Part shown: positions 30,693 through 45,044 of the stretch, one piece after another
Position numbering within the stretch: the first letter of the stretch is position 1
How the letters are laid out: each line of letters opens with the position of its first letter
Assembly: GCA_964016885.1 (NCBI GenBank)
Contig: OZ024742.1
Location: forward strand, 65,224,001 to 65,288,000
Origin: Eledone cirrhosa
Lineage: Eukaryota
Length of the DNA: 64,000 bases
Reading direction: 5' to 3'
Made by a program: the position numbers and the translations under genes
The notes under the pieces: generated by a model
What the model saw: only the letters and a program-made list of their open reading frames with translations
Databases searched by the model: none
What the model was told of the DNA's origin: nothing

Positions 30693-31820
30693 TAGTGAAC
30701 TCTACAATTGATATAGTCAGGAGTGTCCAGCAACTGGTAGACATCCATGTTTGAAGTGTCATTTAACACTTAAGTCCTGCCAAAAACAGACTTTGTTAAA
30801 AATGATTGTTTCTACTTTTGGCACAAGGCCAGCAAATAACCCAGTGTATTACTGGTACTTTATTTTATGGAGCCCGTAAGGATAAAAGGCAAAGTTGGCT
30901 TGTGTAGAACCAGTTGCACTTTTCGGATTTAGTGAAAGCATAGTACCCCTCTAACAACAGTCGTCGTGTTCTATTGTCATCGGCACTGTATCATATGGAT
31001 TCCTCTGTCCCTTGATAGCTTTTGTTTTTCATCTTGCAAGATCTCCAAGCAAGCTTGGTGGGGTTGCCGATGACCTGCCATTCAACAGGTTGTGCAGGGT
31101 TATATGTTACCAGTATGTGTGTGTGTGTGTGTGTGAATTAATCATGCAATCTTTTTTATTTAAAGGTTTTTTCCTATTACTAGTCTTTTGGAACAATAAC
31201 ATTGCTAAGTTCATTAATATTTCAACACCTTCATGCCTTTATCTTTTGAATGAGATAAAGATAGTAGCACGTTGTTGCCGAATTTTCTAGCATGCAACAA
31301 GGGTTCTAACTGATAAAATTGTCATTGCTAGACTTAATATTATATAATGGTTAACTCTCTATCTACTTTCATAGTGTACATCTATACACACACACACACA
31401 TGCTTGTGTTACAGTTATTTAAACAGAAGCGGCTCATGAAATGTTAGTGCAAGTGACTGAACATTCTACAGACACGTGCATTGTTAACATAATACTCAGA
31501 GAGATTTATGTACAACTCATTTTTGCCAGCTGAGTGGATTAGAGCAAAACGAAATAAAAGGTCATGCCCAAAACAACAACGTGCTACCAAGACTTTACTC
31601 ATAACTTTATGATCGTGAGCTGGAAACCTTAACTACAACGTCACACACATATATTAGCAGTAGCACTAACAGCATGATCCAGAACAAAGTTTTTATGGAT
31701 CAACATGAAATATGTTTATGTATGATAAATACACACATTAGTCGTGTGAATAATTTAAGCTGTGGTCATATCACAGCTACCCCAGTAGTGAAACTATGTC
31801 TATATATGCTTATGCATATA

Positions 31821-32077
31821 CAGTGTACCCCCGGCATTCGCGGAATTTCCCTTAGAACCTAACTAATAATTGTCCGAGGAAACCACCGCATATTCGTGGA
31901 GTCGTAAATATCTTCCGCGATTTTTTAATGACTTTTTCGTGACTATTTGCCGACCTATATCTTACGTTATGTCTCGACATTTATAGGCATTTTTATGGAC
32001 CACGCCCATTATTCTCGGTTTTTCACGCTTCACGGGTGCTCTAGGAACGTAACCCCGCGAATACCGGGGGACAGCTA
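31821..32077. mobile_element. Tc1/mariner (Tigger-like) MITE
   Basis: TIRs cagtgtacccccggcattcgcgg / ccgcgaataccgggggacagct in TA context. Confidence 0.75.
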
Positions 32078-32529
32078 TATACATATTGGGTAGTACACTT
32101 AACCTATTGCCTATTTTATTATTGGTAAAACAGTTTGTGTTATGCAATTTCAGTGAAAACGGTCTATTGTATTGAATTCAACTAATATACATTTAAACAC
32201 AAGAGCTTTTGTCTAATATCTTCGAGTCATTCATGAAAAAGAAACAGAAAATAACACGCGTGTACACAAATATACTGTACATATCAAAACATACAGAAAA
32301 AGCTACAAACGGACAACAGACACACACACATATACATCTATATACAAAGGTAACACATAGACATTCACAATATGAAACACACACACACACTAATGCACAG
32401 GCAAATAGATACAAATTTCCTAGTTTCGGCTTTTTTTTTCTTCCGTACTTTACATTTTTTTCTCTGTCTTGGAAATTATACGGAATTTACTTTTGTCACT
32501 TCTAGTTTCTTTTACATTTGACTTCTAAG

Positions 32530-32770
32530 TGTAGTGGTTAGGGTGTTCGACTTACGATCATAATGAGGTGGCTTCGATTCCTGGATCAGGTGGCGCGTTG
32601 TGTTCTCGATCAAAACACTTTATTTCATGATGCTCTAATCAACTCAGCTGAAAATGAGTACCACCCTGCAATGGACTGGCGTCCAGTCTTATGCTCTCAT
32701 TCGTTAAACAAATGAAACCGAGATAAACTCCGACCTGATGAGCCTCCTGACTTGGGACAGACGATTAACA
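32530..32770 (+). mobile_element. tRNA-derived SINE, family B head/core with a different tail
   Basis: tagtggttagg..ttcgattcc, caaaacactttatttca core, then an unrelated 3' part. Confidence 0.65.
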
Positions 32771-33359
32771 GTTTTCCAATGATCTCTGGTGAGAATTGTT
32801 GCGAATTAGAACGTCAATGAGAATGATAGTACTGATGCCAAAAAGAACGGGGTATGGAAATGTTACCATGAAAGGTTCCTGGAAGAAGGCATGGGAGAGA
32901 GAAAGAGTGGGGACTACCGTCAAATAAACTCAACAGCTGGTCCATAAAGGATAAATCGGCAAGATGCTGAACATATGCAGTGAAGTAGGACACGCGCTAA
33001 TCAGTTGCTTCGTGTATCAGTTAGTAGGAGCTGCCATACCTAATGTTGGATATATAAATACTTACGATAACGGAATCGGAGCAACAAACCAACCTCATAC
33101 ATATTTGGTTCTATCTTGGGACACAACCAAGACAGGACCAAACAAAGTATTGGGGCTGATTAATTGACTCCAGTGGAAATAAAACGTAAAGGTACTAATA
33201 TTTTTTATTCTAACACAGGCACAAGCTCAGCAATTTAGGGAAGAGTATTGAGCCAGTACATAACTGGGACTTTATTTTATCACCCTCGAACGGATGAAAG
33301 GCAAAGTTGATATCGGCGGGATTTGAACTCAGAGCTGTAACAAAAATGTTGCGCATATA

Positions 33360-34443
33360 TCTACTATATAAATTGGAAGTGGTCGGACGTTGTATATTTA
33401 AATAAGTAAGTAAGTGTAGTCGGATAAACGTCGAAACGGCTTGGTGGAATGCAGCGAAAATTTACACAGTTATGCAGAATGACCCGAAGAGGCGTTGGGT
33501 CGACTTTTAGGGTACAAGCTTCCATGGTTACGGAGAAAATCGATGAAACAGGAATTTCCTATTCAAATTGAACTGAGAGTAATCTCTGAACGCAGAAGTA
33601 AATATTTCGAGAAACGTTTCAACCGAACGAAAACAGGAAGACGATATTTTGGTTCGTGAAGACGTTCCCAGGCAATTAACGGAAAAAAAGCGATGATAAT
33701 ACGTCGTTATGTGGAGCGTGAAGAACAATTTCATGCAAAGACAAGACCAAGTTTATGGTATATATGGAGTCGTTAGACTAATATTCTATTTAAAATAACA
33801 ATGATTTCCAGCCCCCCCCCCCCCCCCCCCCCCCGGAGTTTAAGAATGATGTAAATAAAATTGAAAACGAAAATGACAGGTTATTAAAATAGTAAAAGTA
33901 AATAGTGAAGATTTAGGCCAGTACATACGCTGCCCCGACGGACATACACACACACACATACGCACACACAAATACATACCCCCCCCCCCTACACACGAGC
34001 GCGCGCGTGTATAAACCTTATGCATTTCTACAGTATTTTCACCAAACTTAAGACATAGGTTACTTATGTACTCCGGATGGTCATGGGCACTTTCATTTTT
34101 CCAGATATTGATTATAGGGCTTCCCGGCAGATAACCCCCTTTAACCACTTCCTTGGAGTCGACTGAAGAACTGCAGTGCAATGCAACAAAACGTCATAAC
34201 TTCTGGAGTTCGCAACCGATTTTCACAAAACTTGACACATGGGCTACGTGTGTCCTACAGATGAATGTGAACTCTCAGCATTGGCACATATTGAGTAGGG
34301 GACCCCTGGGGGCAGGAACCCTCTTTTGGAAAAAGCCGATGATTTTGTAAAAGTATAGTTTTCGAAGTAGCACTGAAGTATTGACATAAATGGTATACAC
34401 AACTGCTATTTAATACCCGAGCAACGCCGGGTACCTCTGCTAA
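33360..34443 (+). mobile_element. Non-autonomous Helitron
   Basis: 5' TC(TACTATAT), subterminal hairpin acccgagcaacgccgggt (~34415-34432), 3' CTAA, flanked by A and T, no TSD or TIR. Confidence 0.7.
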
Positions 34444-34638
34444 TATATATATATATTTGTCTCTTTCTTCATCACTTTCTGTTGCTTCACCATTTTGTTT
34501 GTTTACCCTCGCGTCCCCTTTATTTACGTGTCCCAACGACTTTTTTTAGCCGTTGCTCGCACCAACCGGAGGTATATGGTCTTTAAAGCGATGAAATACC
34601 TATGATGGTTGGAAGACCACTGATGAAGGACAAACTTT

Positions 34639-34672
<34 letters not shown>

Positions 34673-35874
34673 CGTGGAAAGGATATATACATGGTCGAAG
34701 GTTAAGCAAACTGCTGTACTACATTAATATTTCATTACTTATGATTTGAGAAAATACAAAGTGTCACACTTGAGAGCGCAAGCATCAATATACTCCTTAA
34801 TGACTAATGAATAATTTAAATGAAAAAAAAAAAAACATCATACAGACATAGTAGTAATAGGTAGGTAAATATATCCAAGGTATAGAGCAACATGTCTGTA
34901 GGGCGAGTCTGAATATAATTATTATGGCCAGTTACTACAACGACGCCATACCAGGTACGTACGTTTCGTTAACCCTGGGGACCAACTTGTTCAACATGTG
35001 CCGATGAAAATTCACTCACCCATATACGTGTGTGTGTGTACATATTTCTAAGGAGTTTTGTTTATTCGTGAACAAGGGTTCTCATTTTCATCACCAGTTA
35101 AAATACAAAATAATTTTTAATTTGTGAAAATCGATTTTATGCATAAGTATATTTTGTTTTCGTATGATAGATGCCTGATAACCGTTTGTGTGTGTTATGT
35201 ATATATGTGTGTAGGGTAAGTTTCGTTTGTTTTAGGTACATGAAATACAGACAGTAAAATAAAGTGAATGAAACTGAAAGTTTGTTTTAAATTTAAATTT
35301 TTGAATTTTTTAATCGACAAAATGAAAGATTTATCCACGAAGGTTTGTTTTTTTTAAAACTTTTTCTGAACGAATCATTTGTGACTGTTTTTCGATATTT
35401 GCGGTCAATTGCCAACCACCAACCAGTAAATAAGCTCATCAAAGCAAGACAGTCGGATATGAGACCCAAAATTCTGCTTTGGTGTTCTTTTTGTTGTCTG
35501 TCGTTCCGAAAGTGGAAATATCCAGAGAGAGAGAGAGAGTGTGTGTGTGTGTCTTAACAACTCGGACAAGCCTGTGGTCATATTTATTTTTTTTTTAATG
35601 TCTAATAAAAATAGAAATCAATTTTGCTTACGCGCTTTCGATCCGAGGAACTCGCTCTCCTATATTCCGTGCGACGAACACCGGAATTTGATCGGGTTTT
35701 CTTCGCCTTTTTATTATCCATGTTAGCCAGAACGTGGCTAGGTGGCGTGGCAGAGGTTTGAACACGAAAGATACGCGGAGAACTTAGATGAAGTAGAAGT
35801 TAGTTAAGTTTGCAATCCAGGTAGGAACTTAAACACATACCCACCACATGTCTGTTATCTACACCAGACACAAA

Positions 35875-35947
<73 letters not shown>

Positions 35948-36787
35948 CTGTGATATATATTGACCGAGTGTTGTAAAAGGGCGTTGTTATGGCGGTAGCT
36001 ATGCTACAGGAGATTAGTGATGGTGGTGGTTGTATTAGTGTTGTTGTATTGGTACTAGTAAAGGCGCTAGCAGTATTGATATAGTGTAAGGTGGTAGTTG
36101 TATTAGTTACTCTTAGTAGAAGTGTTGTTGAATGTACTTTGAGCTAGTAGCAGTAGTGTTAATAGGAAAGTGTTGTAATGTAAATTTGTATAAGAAGTAG
36201 TATTACAATGTTGATGCGGGGAGTTGGTGTTGTAGTGCCTTACTAGTAGTGAGTAAAAGAGGTTAGTAAGTGCTGTTGTATAGTGTTTGTGCTATTGGTA
36301 TAGTTTCGATATAAACCCAAAATTGTGGGTGTGAATAAAAAGTTGCAGTAATTTTAAGGTGGCGTGTTTAAAATAGCACATGCGTCAGTAGTAACAACAT
36401 TAAAAACAGCAGTAGTAGTAGCTGTTGTAATAGTACTGTGAATTGTTTGTTCTCATAACTTATACATATTATATCTATATTATATACATATATCTATGTA
36501 TATATATACATACATAGAAAACTGAATCACACAAAGAGCAAGATGAAGAAGAAGGAAAAATACTCGACAACGTCCTAGCTTAGTCAATTATTATGAATAT
36601 ACTATTATAGTGGTGGTGGTGGCGGCGCTGGTGGTAATTGTCCATACTTTTCCACGCTCTTTTCTATATTTTTGAAAATAAAGTTATCAACTAGGTCGAC
36701 TGCCTTTTATTAAAATATTAAGAGGAAGACAATTAAGAAAAAAGTTTCAAAGCTATACAACAAATATTTTGGAATACATTCTAATAT

Positions 36788-36951
36788 ATATACAATGATA
36801 TTAAATAAATGGAAACTATATTTATAAAACCATATTTATTCTATTATATATATTTCAAGGGTACCAAAATTTTGGTACCCTTGAAATATATATAATAAAA
36901 TAAATATGGTTTTATAAATATAGTTTTCATTTATTTAATATCATTGTATAT
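36788..36951. repeat. Spacerless palindrome, 82-bp arms
   Basis: Centre ccaaaa|ttttgg (36869/36870); about 2 mismatches between arms. Confidence 0.93.
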
Positions 36952-37462
36952 TATACTCCAGATATTTGTTGAGTGCTCTGAATCAGTTATACAATTTATA
37001 TATTTGTTGAATTACCAACAAATTGAATATCCCTTCTGCTTACTAATATATATATACGGATGGATGGTGCCGTAACTCCCGAGGAAGTCGTAGGGGCGCG
37101 TATTCACATGCAGCATTTATCGGGCATTTTAAAACTCGGTTGAACCCATCTCCTCTCCAGGTCTGAATACAGCAGATTTCTCCCAGAGAAGGATAGAGAA
37201 TGGAAGTGAAAAAGAGATATAGAGGAAGAACTGGTCCCAGTAGTAGACTGGTACTTTTATCGACATTGAATGGATGAAAGGTGACGTTGAGGACTGCGGT
37301 GCGGAGAACAATAAGACCACTAATATGAGTAGTACTCAATGCATGATGAGATATTGACTGAGTATAATAATGAGGTGTAGGTCGGACAGCGAGCTCAGGC
37401 GGTTCCAGCTGGTAATCTCTTACGAGTGCTCAGTCAGACCTTTACCTCATTAATATATCTAT

Positions 37463-37465
37463 ATT

Positions 37466-37511
<46 letters not shown>

Positions 37512-37602
37512 CACACACCTATATATATATTACACACACACACATATATATATATATTACACACACACATATATATATATTACACACACACACATATATA
37601 TA

Positions 37603-37664
<62 letters not shown>

Positions 37665-37792
37665 TACACACACCTATATATATATTACACACACACACAC
37701 ACATATATATATATTACACACACACACACACATATATATATTACACACACACACACATATATATTACACACACACACACACACATATATATT

Positions 37793-37834
<42 letters not shown>

Positions 37835-37911
37835 TACACAAACAGACACAGTGTGTGTGTATGTGTAATATATATGTGTCACACACATATTACACACACA
37901 CACACACACAC

Positions 37912-37960
<49 letters not shown>

Positions 37961-38015
37961 CGAAGGAATTGTGGTAAGGAACCAGATAGACCATAACGCA
38001 CCAAAGTACTCAATA

Positions 38016-38060
<45 letters not shown>
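37463..38060. repeat. Compound TTA(CA)n(TA)n repeat
   Basis: Directly visible. Confidence 0.9.
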
Positions 38061-38062
<2 letters not shown>

Positions 38063-38570
38063 TCACACACACATTAAACACACAGGTATATTTATAACCA
38101 CACTAACAAGACATATTTATAACCACACATACAAACACATATTCAATCATACACATACATCCAAACACATAAACACTTAGTCGTTAGCGATAGTCTTATC
38201 AGTGAGTAAACACTGCAACGTAACTACTGCCACTGCTCACCAAACTCCTTCATCACAACTACTACTCATACTACTGTTACCTATATTATCAGGTGTGTTA
38301 TTAGTAAAGGGCTATATAGTGAGAGCGCAGCTACTTTTTTCAACACCCGCCTTTTCCCCCGCACACAATGTGTGTGAGTGTGTATATATATATATATATA
38401 TATAGTTTGAAAATAAACAAGACTACAAACACAGAGATGCAAAAACAAAGTCTTATTAGGTTGGTCACGTATCGGTCATAAGTCCTTTAGAAATATAGAA
38501 AAATAATTGAGCAAGTTGGAGAGGAAGCACGTAGTGATTTCCAGAGGTTCACTGAGGAGATGGGACTGTC

Positions 38571-38607
<37 letters not shown>

Positions 38608-38609
<2 letters not shown>

Positions 38610-38632
38610 TGGTCATTAGTGATCGATGGGGG

Positions 38633-38674
<42 letters not shown>

Positions 38675-38699
38675 CCCCCATCGATCACTAATGACCATG
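38608..38699. repeat. Perfect palindrome, 29-bp GC-rich arms around (TA)n
   Basis: catggtcattagtgatcgatgggggcctt (at)n aaggcccccatcgatcactaatgaccatg. Confidence 0.95.
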
Positions 38700-38993
38700 G
38701 TTTTGCACCTGGAAAGTTTCTTTCTGAGGCAGAAGCCTGGGCAAAGTTTGTTTGTGGAAGACCAGTTGTCACCCATGCATATCGGTCTACCCTCTCCACG
38801 CCACCGATGTTGTCCAAGACTGATACAGCTTGGCACCAGTAACGTCGCAACTCATTCCTACAGCTGAATAAACTGGAGCAACGTGAAATAAAGTGTCTTG
38901 CTTAAGGACACAATGAATCCTCCGGTTCGAAAATCGAACTCACAACCTCTCAATTGCAAGACCAATGCTTTAATCACTAATCCATGCGCCTTC
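38700..38993 (-). mobile_element. SINE with family B head and an alternative body/tail
   Basis: Head and core at 38855-38993 match family B; 38700-38850 differs. Confidence 0.65.
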
Positions 38994-39116
38994 ACATCTC
39001 TCCCCCTCTCTCTCTCGGGGATGGGAGTGGTAGCGTCCGACCGACTATTCTTTACGTCGCTGTACCTTCTCCCATCTCTCACATATATACATATATATAT
39101 ATATACATATATATAC

Positions 39117-39152
<36 letters not shown>

Positions 39153-39587
39153 CGGACAAAGAGATACAGCGCCGTAAGTAATAGGTCGGATGCTACCACC
39201 ACCATAACTACAACCAATACCATCCCATAAAGACCACAATCTCCATAACAACCAACCCACTTTATCATAATTCGCGATACTCCCATTAATAATACCACTA
39301 TTGTTAAAACTTAATACGACATCTACTACCACCATTTTCCAGGTAAACAAATGCCTTTACGACAATCCCAAAGCTACAAAGCTAAAAACGTAATGCATAC
39401 AAACACAAACATGCATGCACATACATACAGGTAGATATTTCACAATATGTCAGTATAATATATATATATCAGTAACCTCGGAATCAGTCCCACTAAACTC
39501 TCCATTGAAGAGGTACAGTGTAAAATAAAACTATTACGGTAGTTCAACACCTTTTATATATGAACTACCGTAATATATGAATTACCG

Positions 39588-39662
<75 letters not shown>

Positions 39663-41219
39663 CACGCACACACAGATAGTTACACAAATACACAAAACTT
39701 TACGCTTGTGACACTAATACATACACTTGACATATGGTAAGACTATTTTCCTGTCGTATCAAGCGATAGTATTTAAAGTACCAGTAATGCACTGGGTATT
39801 GCTGGCCTTGTGCTTAAAGTAGAAACAATTATTAACTTGTACAGTATATATTTATATTGTACTTTATCGTTTCCGTGTGTTGTTTTTTCGTTTACTTTTC
39901 ACACACACATTTATTTGTGTGTGTGTGTACATGAGAAACAGGTGGATACATATAAACATTTAGAGAGAAAGAGGGAGATAGGGAGGTGGGCAAGGTGAAA
40001 ATGTTAGAGTAAAGCAGACGACACAATTGTAGCATCTGTTGTCGCTGTTTGTATAAACGGATGTGATATTTTCCTTTCACTAAAGACAATATAATATTTA
40101 ATAGATAAAAAAATGTGCTGAATAGCCGAAGTTATTATCTCCTTCACTGAAACCACCGACAACAATTAATCTCCATGTAGGTAGGGTTTATATTTTATCT
40201 ATATATTAAGGGTAGATTATCTAAGCAGACGTAAGAGCGTCGGATGTAAATACCTCGATATTTATAAGTCAATATTGCCTTTCATCCATCCTTTGGATCA
40301 ATAAATAGTATACTAGTTCTGGAGTGGTGGATTGGCGGAATTATTAATGAATCGGATGGGATGTTTGCAGTATCTGATTTAACTCTGCACTATCTAAGTT
40401 CAAACTTTGTTTCTTTTAGCATCAGCAAAGGAAAGAACTTTGTTTCCTTGGTCCGTCCGATCTGACAATCGACTTCATGCCCCGCCCTCACTCCTTATCT
40501 ATGTAACGGCCATCCGGTTTAACAAATTACCTTTGCAAACTTTTGGATCTATGCTCATCGTCTCAGATTTACACACACACACACCTTTTTCATGCGAAGG
40601 ACAAGTGTCCAAAACGTTAGATACTTTACTTCTTCCAGCAATTCAACTTACCGAACGTTTATCGAAAGGGCTGGTGTGTTTGGCTAAGTGCTACATATCT
40701 CTACCAGCTAGAGCAAATCCGTGTGATGTCTGTCTCTGCCGAGGAACGAGTGTCGAATCTCAAATAACCTCAATTTAGCCTATTTCGCCAGACTGACTGG
40801 CCTCAATTTGAAATAAAACAACAACAACTGAACTCTTGTTGTTTTAGGGGTCAGTATTGTGGAGAGATTTCGCTACATATATTCAGTACAGGATATTAAC
40901 AGAGACTACGGGAATGTCTATATAAATGTATACGTTGAACATACGGATATGTAAACCTCACAAATTTATATATTTCCTTATAGATAAAAAAAAAAAAAAA
41001 AAAATCCTTAATTGATTCTCGGCCCTTATTGGTATTTCAACAGAGGATATTTACATCACTAAACAAAGAGGAGATTTATCATAAAAGGCATTCCTATCGT
41101 AATCATCACGCTTGTTGGATGTGTTTTTCACTTTACCAGCTAAAAATAAGAAAATACATATCAGATATATTGTGGCTAAATAAAAGACGGAGTGATCATA
41201 ACTAGGTAGAGATGGGGGA

Positions 41220-41562
41220 TAAAGTAAATAATCGTTTCTACTTTTGGCACAAGGCCAGCAATTACCCCAGTGTATTACTGGTACTTTATTTTATCGACCC
41301 CCGTAAGGGTAAAAGGCAAAGTTAACCTCTGCGGGATTTGAACTCAGACCACGAAGGGCCGTAACTCTATGCGTCAAAGCATGGCGTCCGACCCTCTACC
41401 GATACTGCCAATCCACCAAAAAGATAATAAAGTAAATAGTTGTTTCTACTTTTGGCACAAAGCCAACAATTACACAGTGTATTACTGGTAAAGTAAATAA
41501 TTGTTTCTACTTTTGGCACAAGGCTAGCAATTACCTAGTATATTACTGGTAAAGTAAATAAT
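41220..41562 (-). mobile_element. Full SINE A plus two 3'-end stubs, separated by a 13-bp target repeat
   Basis: taaagtaaata(a/g)t at 41220, 41428, 41489 and 41550. Confidence 0.85.
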
Positions 41563-42569
41563 GGATCTTTGTTGGTTTTGACAAAGAGGATTCAGTTGTT
41601 CGATTAACAAGAACACTTCCATTAATCTAATTTTTGTAAAGGGGTAAATAACATCAATAATAACAATAACAATGAAAAACAGATTATTTAGTGATAGACA
41701 TATGTCTAAATAAAAATAGGAGCGATTTTGGTCATAGGTACGTCTAATCAGGACAGACATGCGGCTAAACAACAACGTATGCGTTTGCTAGTTACACTAT
41801 AGCTACTGTTGTAAAGGGTATTCGGCTTACAACGTGAGACCAATTCCGAGCGGTGTGCTGTGTCCTTGAGCAAGACACTTTATTTCACATTGCTTCTAGT
41901 CTATTCCGCTGGCAAAAAGGCCAAACATATACCTTATTGATATACTCAGTCTGTATCTCATCATGCATTGAGTACTACTCTGAATCGTGTTCTTCGCACC
42001 GCATACACTCCATATCTATACGCGTCGGATGGACTGTACCTGTAATTCAAATGGACAGCTTTGTCACACAGTGGTACGATGAAACTCTCTGAGAACTATG
42101 TTATCAGCACATATGTCTGTGGAATGCTTAACCACTTGCACGTTGATTTCACGAGCAGGGTGTTTCGTTGTTCGAACAGCTGGAACATTCATCGTTAGTA
42201 CCGACGGAGGTCCAACAACGACTCTACTGTTCTTTTGTCTGATGTTTAAAACACTGAAATTAATTACTCCCACCACCACTTTATTACATAGGTATACAGT
42301 CATTCCCCTTTATAATTAATTGATGATAAACAATTATATTGTTCATTATGGACACTTCTTGGTTGGTTATTTAAACAAATTACTGTCAATGTGTTTATAT
42401 ATATGTGGGAAGATCTGAGATCATGTGTATATGTATAAATGTGTATATGTATAAATGTGTACCTTTGTGTGTGTGAATGTGTTTGGAAGAATATGTGTAT
42501 ATACGTCCACGAATGTATGTACATGTGTTTGAGATTGTGAATGCATATGTTGCTTGACTATGTGTGTAT

Positions 42570-42750
42570 GCAAGCATGCTTTTGTGTATATGTTTATTAG
42601 AGTATGTATATTAGTGTGTGTTATGCAAGCATACTATTGTCATTATGTTTATTAGAGTATGTGTATTAATGTGTGTTATGCAAGCATACTATTGTGTATA
42701 TGTTTATTAGAGTATGTGTATTAGTGTGTGTTATGCAAGCATACTATTGT
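42570..42750. repeat. ~56-59 bp minisatellite x3
   Basis: atgtttattagagtatgtRtattaRtgtgtgttatgcaagcatactattgt repeated. Confidence 0.88.
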
Positions 42751-43132
42751 ACACTGCACAGTCACGTTCTCTAAACATTGACTGTCAGAGTGCGAAAGTA
42801 AGTAAGGAAGGAAGAACAAAGTCAGAAGAGGAGAAGGCAAGTAACTAAGAGAGAAAATGCTGTGTCCATATTGATAAATACACACACACACGTGATTGTA
42901 AACAAGAGGAACAAAAAAGTGTACTCAATATTGAAAGTAGAGTGGTACAATTCATTGGAAACCGAAGTGTCACAAATCATTACTCCGAGTTTCTGGCTGT
43001 CATATTTCAGACAACCACACAGAGACGATTAATCGACCGAAAATCGGCAACGAGAAACTCGAATTAACACTCTGTTAAAGTTCGGCTTTCAATAGATTAT
43101 ATATATACACTAGTGGACTAATGCCGTTAATG

Positions 43133-43280
43133 ATTGTTTCTACTTTTGGCACAAGGCCAGCAATTATCCCAGTGTATTACTGGTACTTTATGTTATCGAT
43201 CCCGTAAGGATGAAAGGCAAAGTTAACCTTGGCGGGATTTGAACTCAGATCGTAAAGGGCCGTAACTCTTTGCTACAATG
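43133..43280 (-). mobile_element. SINE family A, 5'-truncated
   Basis: Tail, core and B box. Confidence 0.85.
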
Positions 43281-43345
43281 ACAGTAATAGCGTTGAATGT
43301 ATTTAATTTTTGAAATTCAGGATTGGTATACCATATACGTATATA

Positions 43346-43990
43346 GGCGGCGAATTGGCAGAGTCGTTAGAACGTCGGGTAGAATGCTTTATGGCAAAGG
43401 TTCTCAACGGGGGAGCATATGCACCCCCGGGGGACGTTTCGGAACTCCAGGGGGGCGTTTGGGAGCAAGGTCGCGTTAGGGGTGCGTTTGGAGGGGGGGG
43501 GGGGGCTGGAAGGCTCTTTATTTTGGTAAGTTTTATAAGCCATATTTGTATGTCTTTGAGACAGCCAGTGTGAATGCATTTGAATGAGCTTGCAGACAGC
43601 ATAACTATAGTGTGTGAGCAGGTGTGCAGGCATGTCCAGTAATTGACACGTTAACCGGTAATTGAGATCCTAAAAATGGAAAAACCCAGTCAACTGGGTC
43701 AAAGACACGTTGAGCGCAGCCAGTTTGAATCTTATCTTTCCTTCACTTATCTTTCCTTCACGTTTGGTGATTTCGAGGGACAAAAGGGGGCGTTTGGCCT
43801 AAATGGGTTGAGAACCTGTGCTTTATGGTATTCGTTCCGACTGTCTGCTCTCCGAATTCACTTTTGCCTTTCATCCTTTCGAGGTCGATAAAAAAAGTAC
43901 CAGTCTAGTACTGGGGTCGATTCTTCCTCTATATCTATTTCTTATTTCCTCTCTCTCTCACTTTCTATTTTTCTCTGGAAGAAATATGCT
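43346..43990 (+). mobile_element. SINE family A variant interrupted by a hAT MITE
   Basis: Head ggcggcgaattggcagagtcgttag at 43346; core resumes after 43828. Confidence 0.75.
43395..43820. mobile_element. hAT MITE
   Basis: TIRs caaaggttctcaac / gttgagaacctgtg; perfect 8-bp TSD ctttatgg; related ends at ~60726-60790 and ~63950-64000. Confidence 0.9.
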
Positions 43991-44278
43991 CTACTCAGGC
44001 TTGATTCTTAGATCAATTTTGAATTATGGTACTACGGGTCATGAAATAGCGCTATAAGGAATTTTATTATTTCCATCTATAGCACATGTTTTTCTTTGAT
44101 ATATGTGCTTTGTATATATACAATATAGTGTGTATTCTTATGAGATATATGGTTCTCTCTCTGTATATCTACATATATCTTTTAATTTGAATTATTATTG
44201 TTCTGGACAAACGTCCATAGAACTTTTTTTTTATTGAGAAGCACAAATATCAAGCATAATTGATATGTTTTGATACCC

Positions 44279-44317
44279 ACGTTGTGGGATTATCCAAGGC
44301 GGATAATCCCACAACGT
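44279..44317. repeat. Hairpin, 17-bp perfect arms, 5-nt loop
   Basis: acgttgtgggattatcc aaggc ggataatcccacaacgt. Confidence 0.9.
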
Positions 44318-45044
44318 TGCTACATGGCAATGATGTTTAGTGATTTATTTATCGACCGCAGGAAATTATTATATATTATATAATGGCCAGGTTCATAAGC
44401 AAGTTATATATTTTATTGTATTTCATATATTTTGCTGGCTTTGTGCCTAAATTAGAAAACAATATTTAACGTATTTTCATTTCTTATAAAGATGTCAGGT
44501 TTTAACCTAAAAGTTCAATTGACACACTGAGTAGTCTCATCCCCCACTGGGGTCGATATCAAACATTATGGGAACCTTGCTTTAGAATGGTGTCAACTAC
44601 CTTAACCATTATGGTAACGTCGTCTTTATATGCAGACAAGCTATGAAAACAGGAGCAGCTGTTATATAGCGATGGTCAATCCCATTGAAAACTATCGATT
44701 GATCGAAACTGTTCTCACCGAAGCTAGGTTTGTTGTCGTCGTCGTCGCTGACGCCGCCACCACCAACACCACCACTAATAATGATTTCTTTATTAACCAC
44801 AAGGGTTTACATAAAGTAGACATTAAGGACAGTGCAGGACAATGCAGGACGGTACAAATGGGCATTTCTGCGTGTAAAAAAACAAAAACAGAGGATGTAA
44901 CAAAAATAACAATGAAAATAACAATGAAAAATTCCCCAATAGGGGGGAGACTTCGGAGGGACATTTGTGGAGAAAGCCCAGTAAAAAGCCACAATGACCC
45001 TGACCACCAAGGCAAGTGCCCTCTCCCAGTTTTCCACCTTTAGT

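Noticed and set aside
30145-30769. C/V/Y- or H/T-rich ORFs (also 37426-37977 and 63087-63755)
   Set aside because: Compound CA/TA microsatellite translations.
35400-35830. Possible first exon or promoter (CpG-richer, cag|gtagg at 35820)
   Set aside because: No ORF or other support distinguishable from chance.
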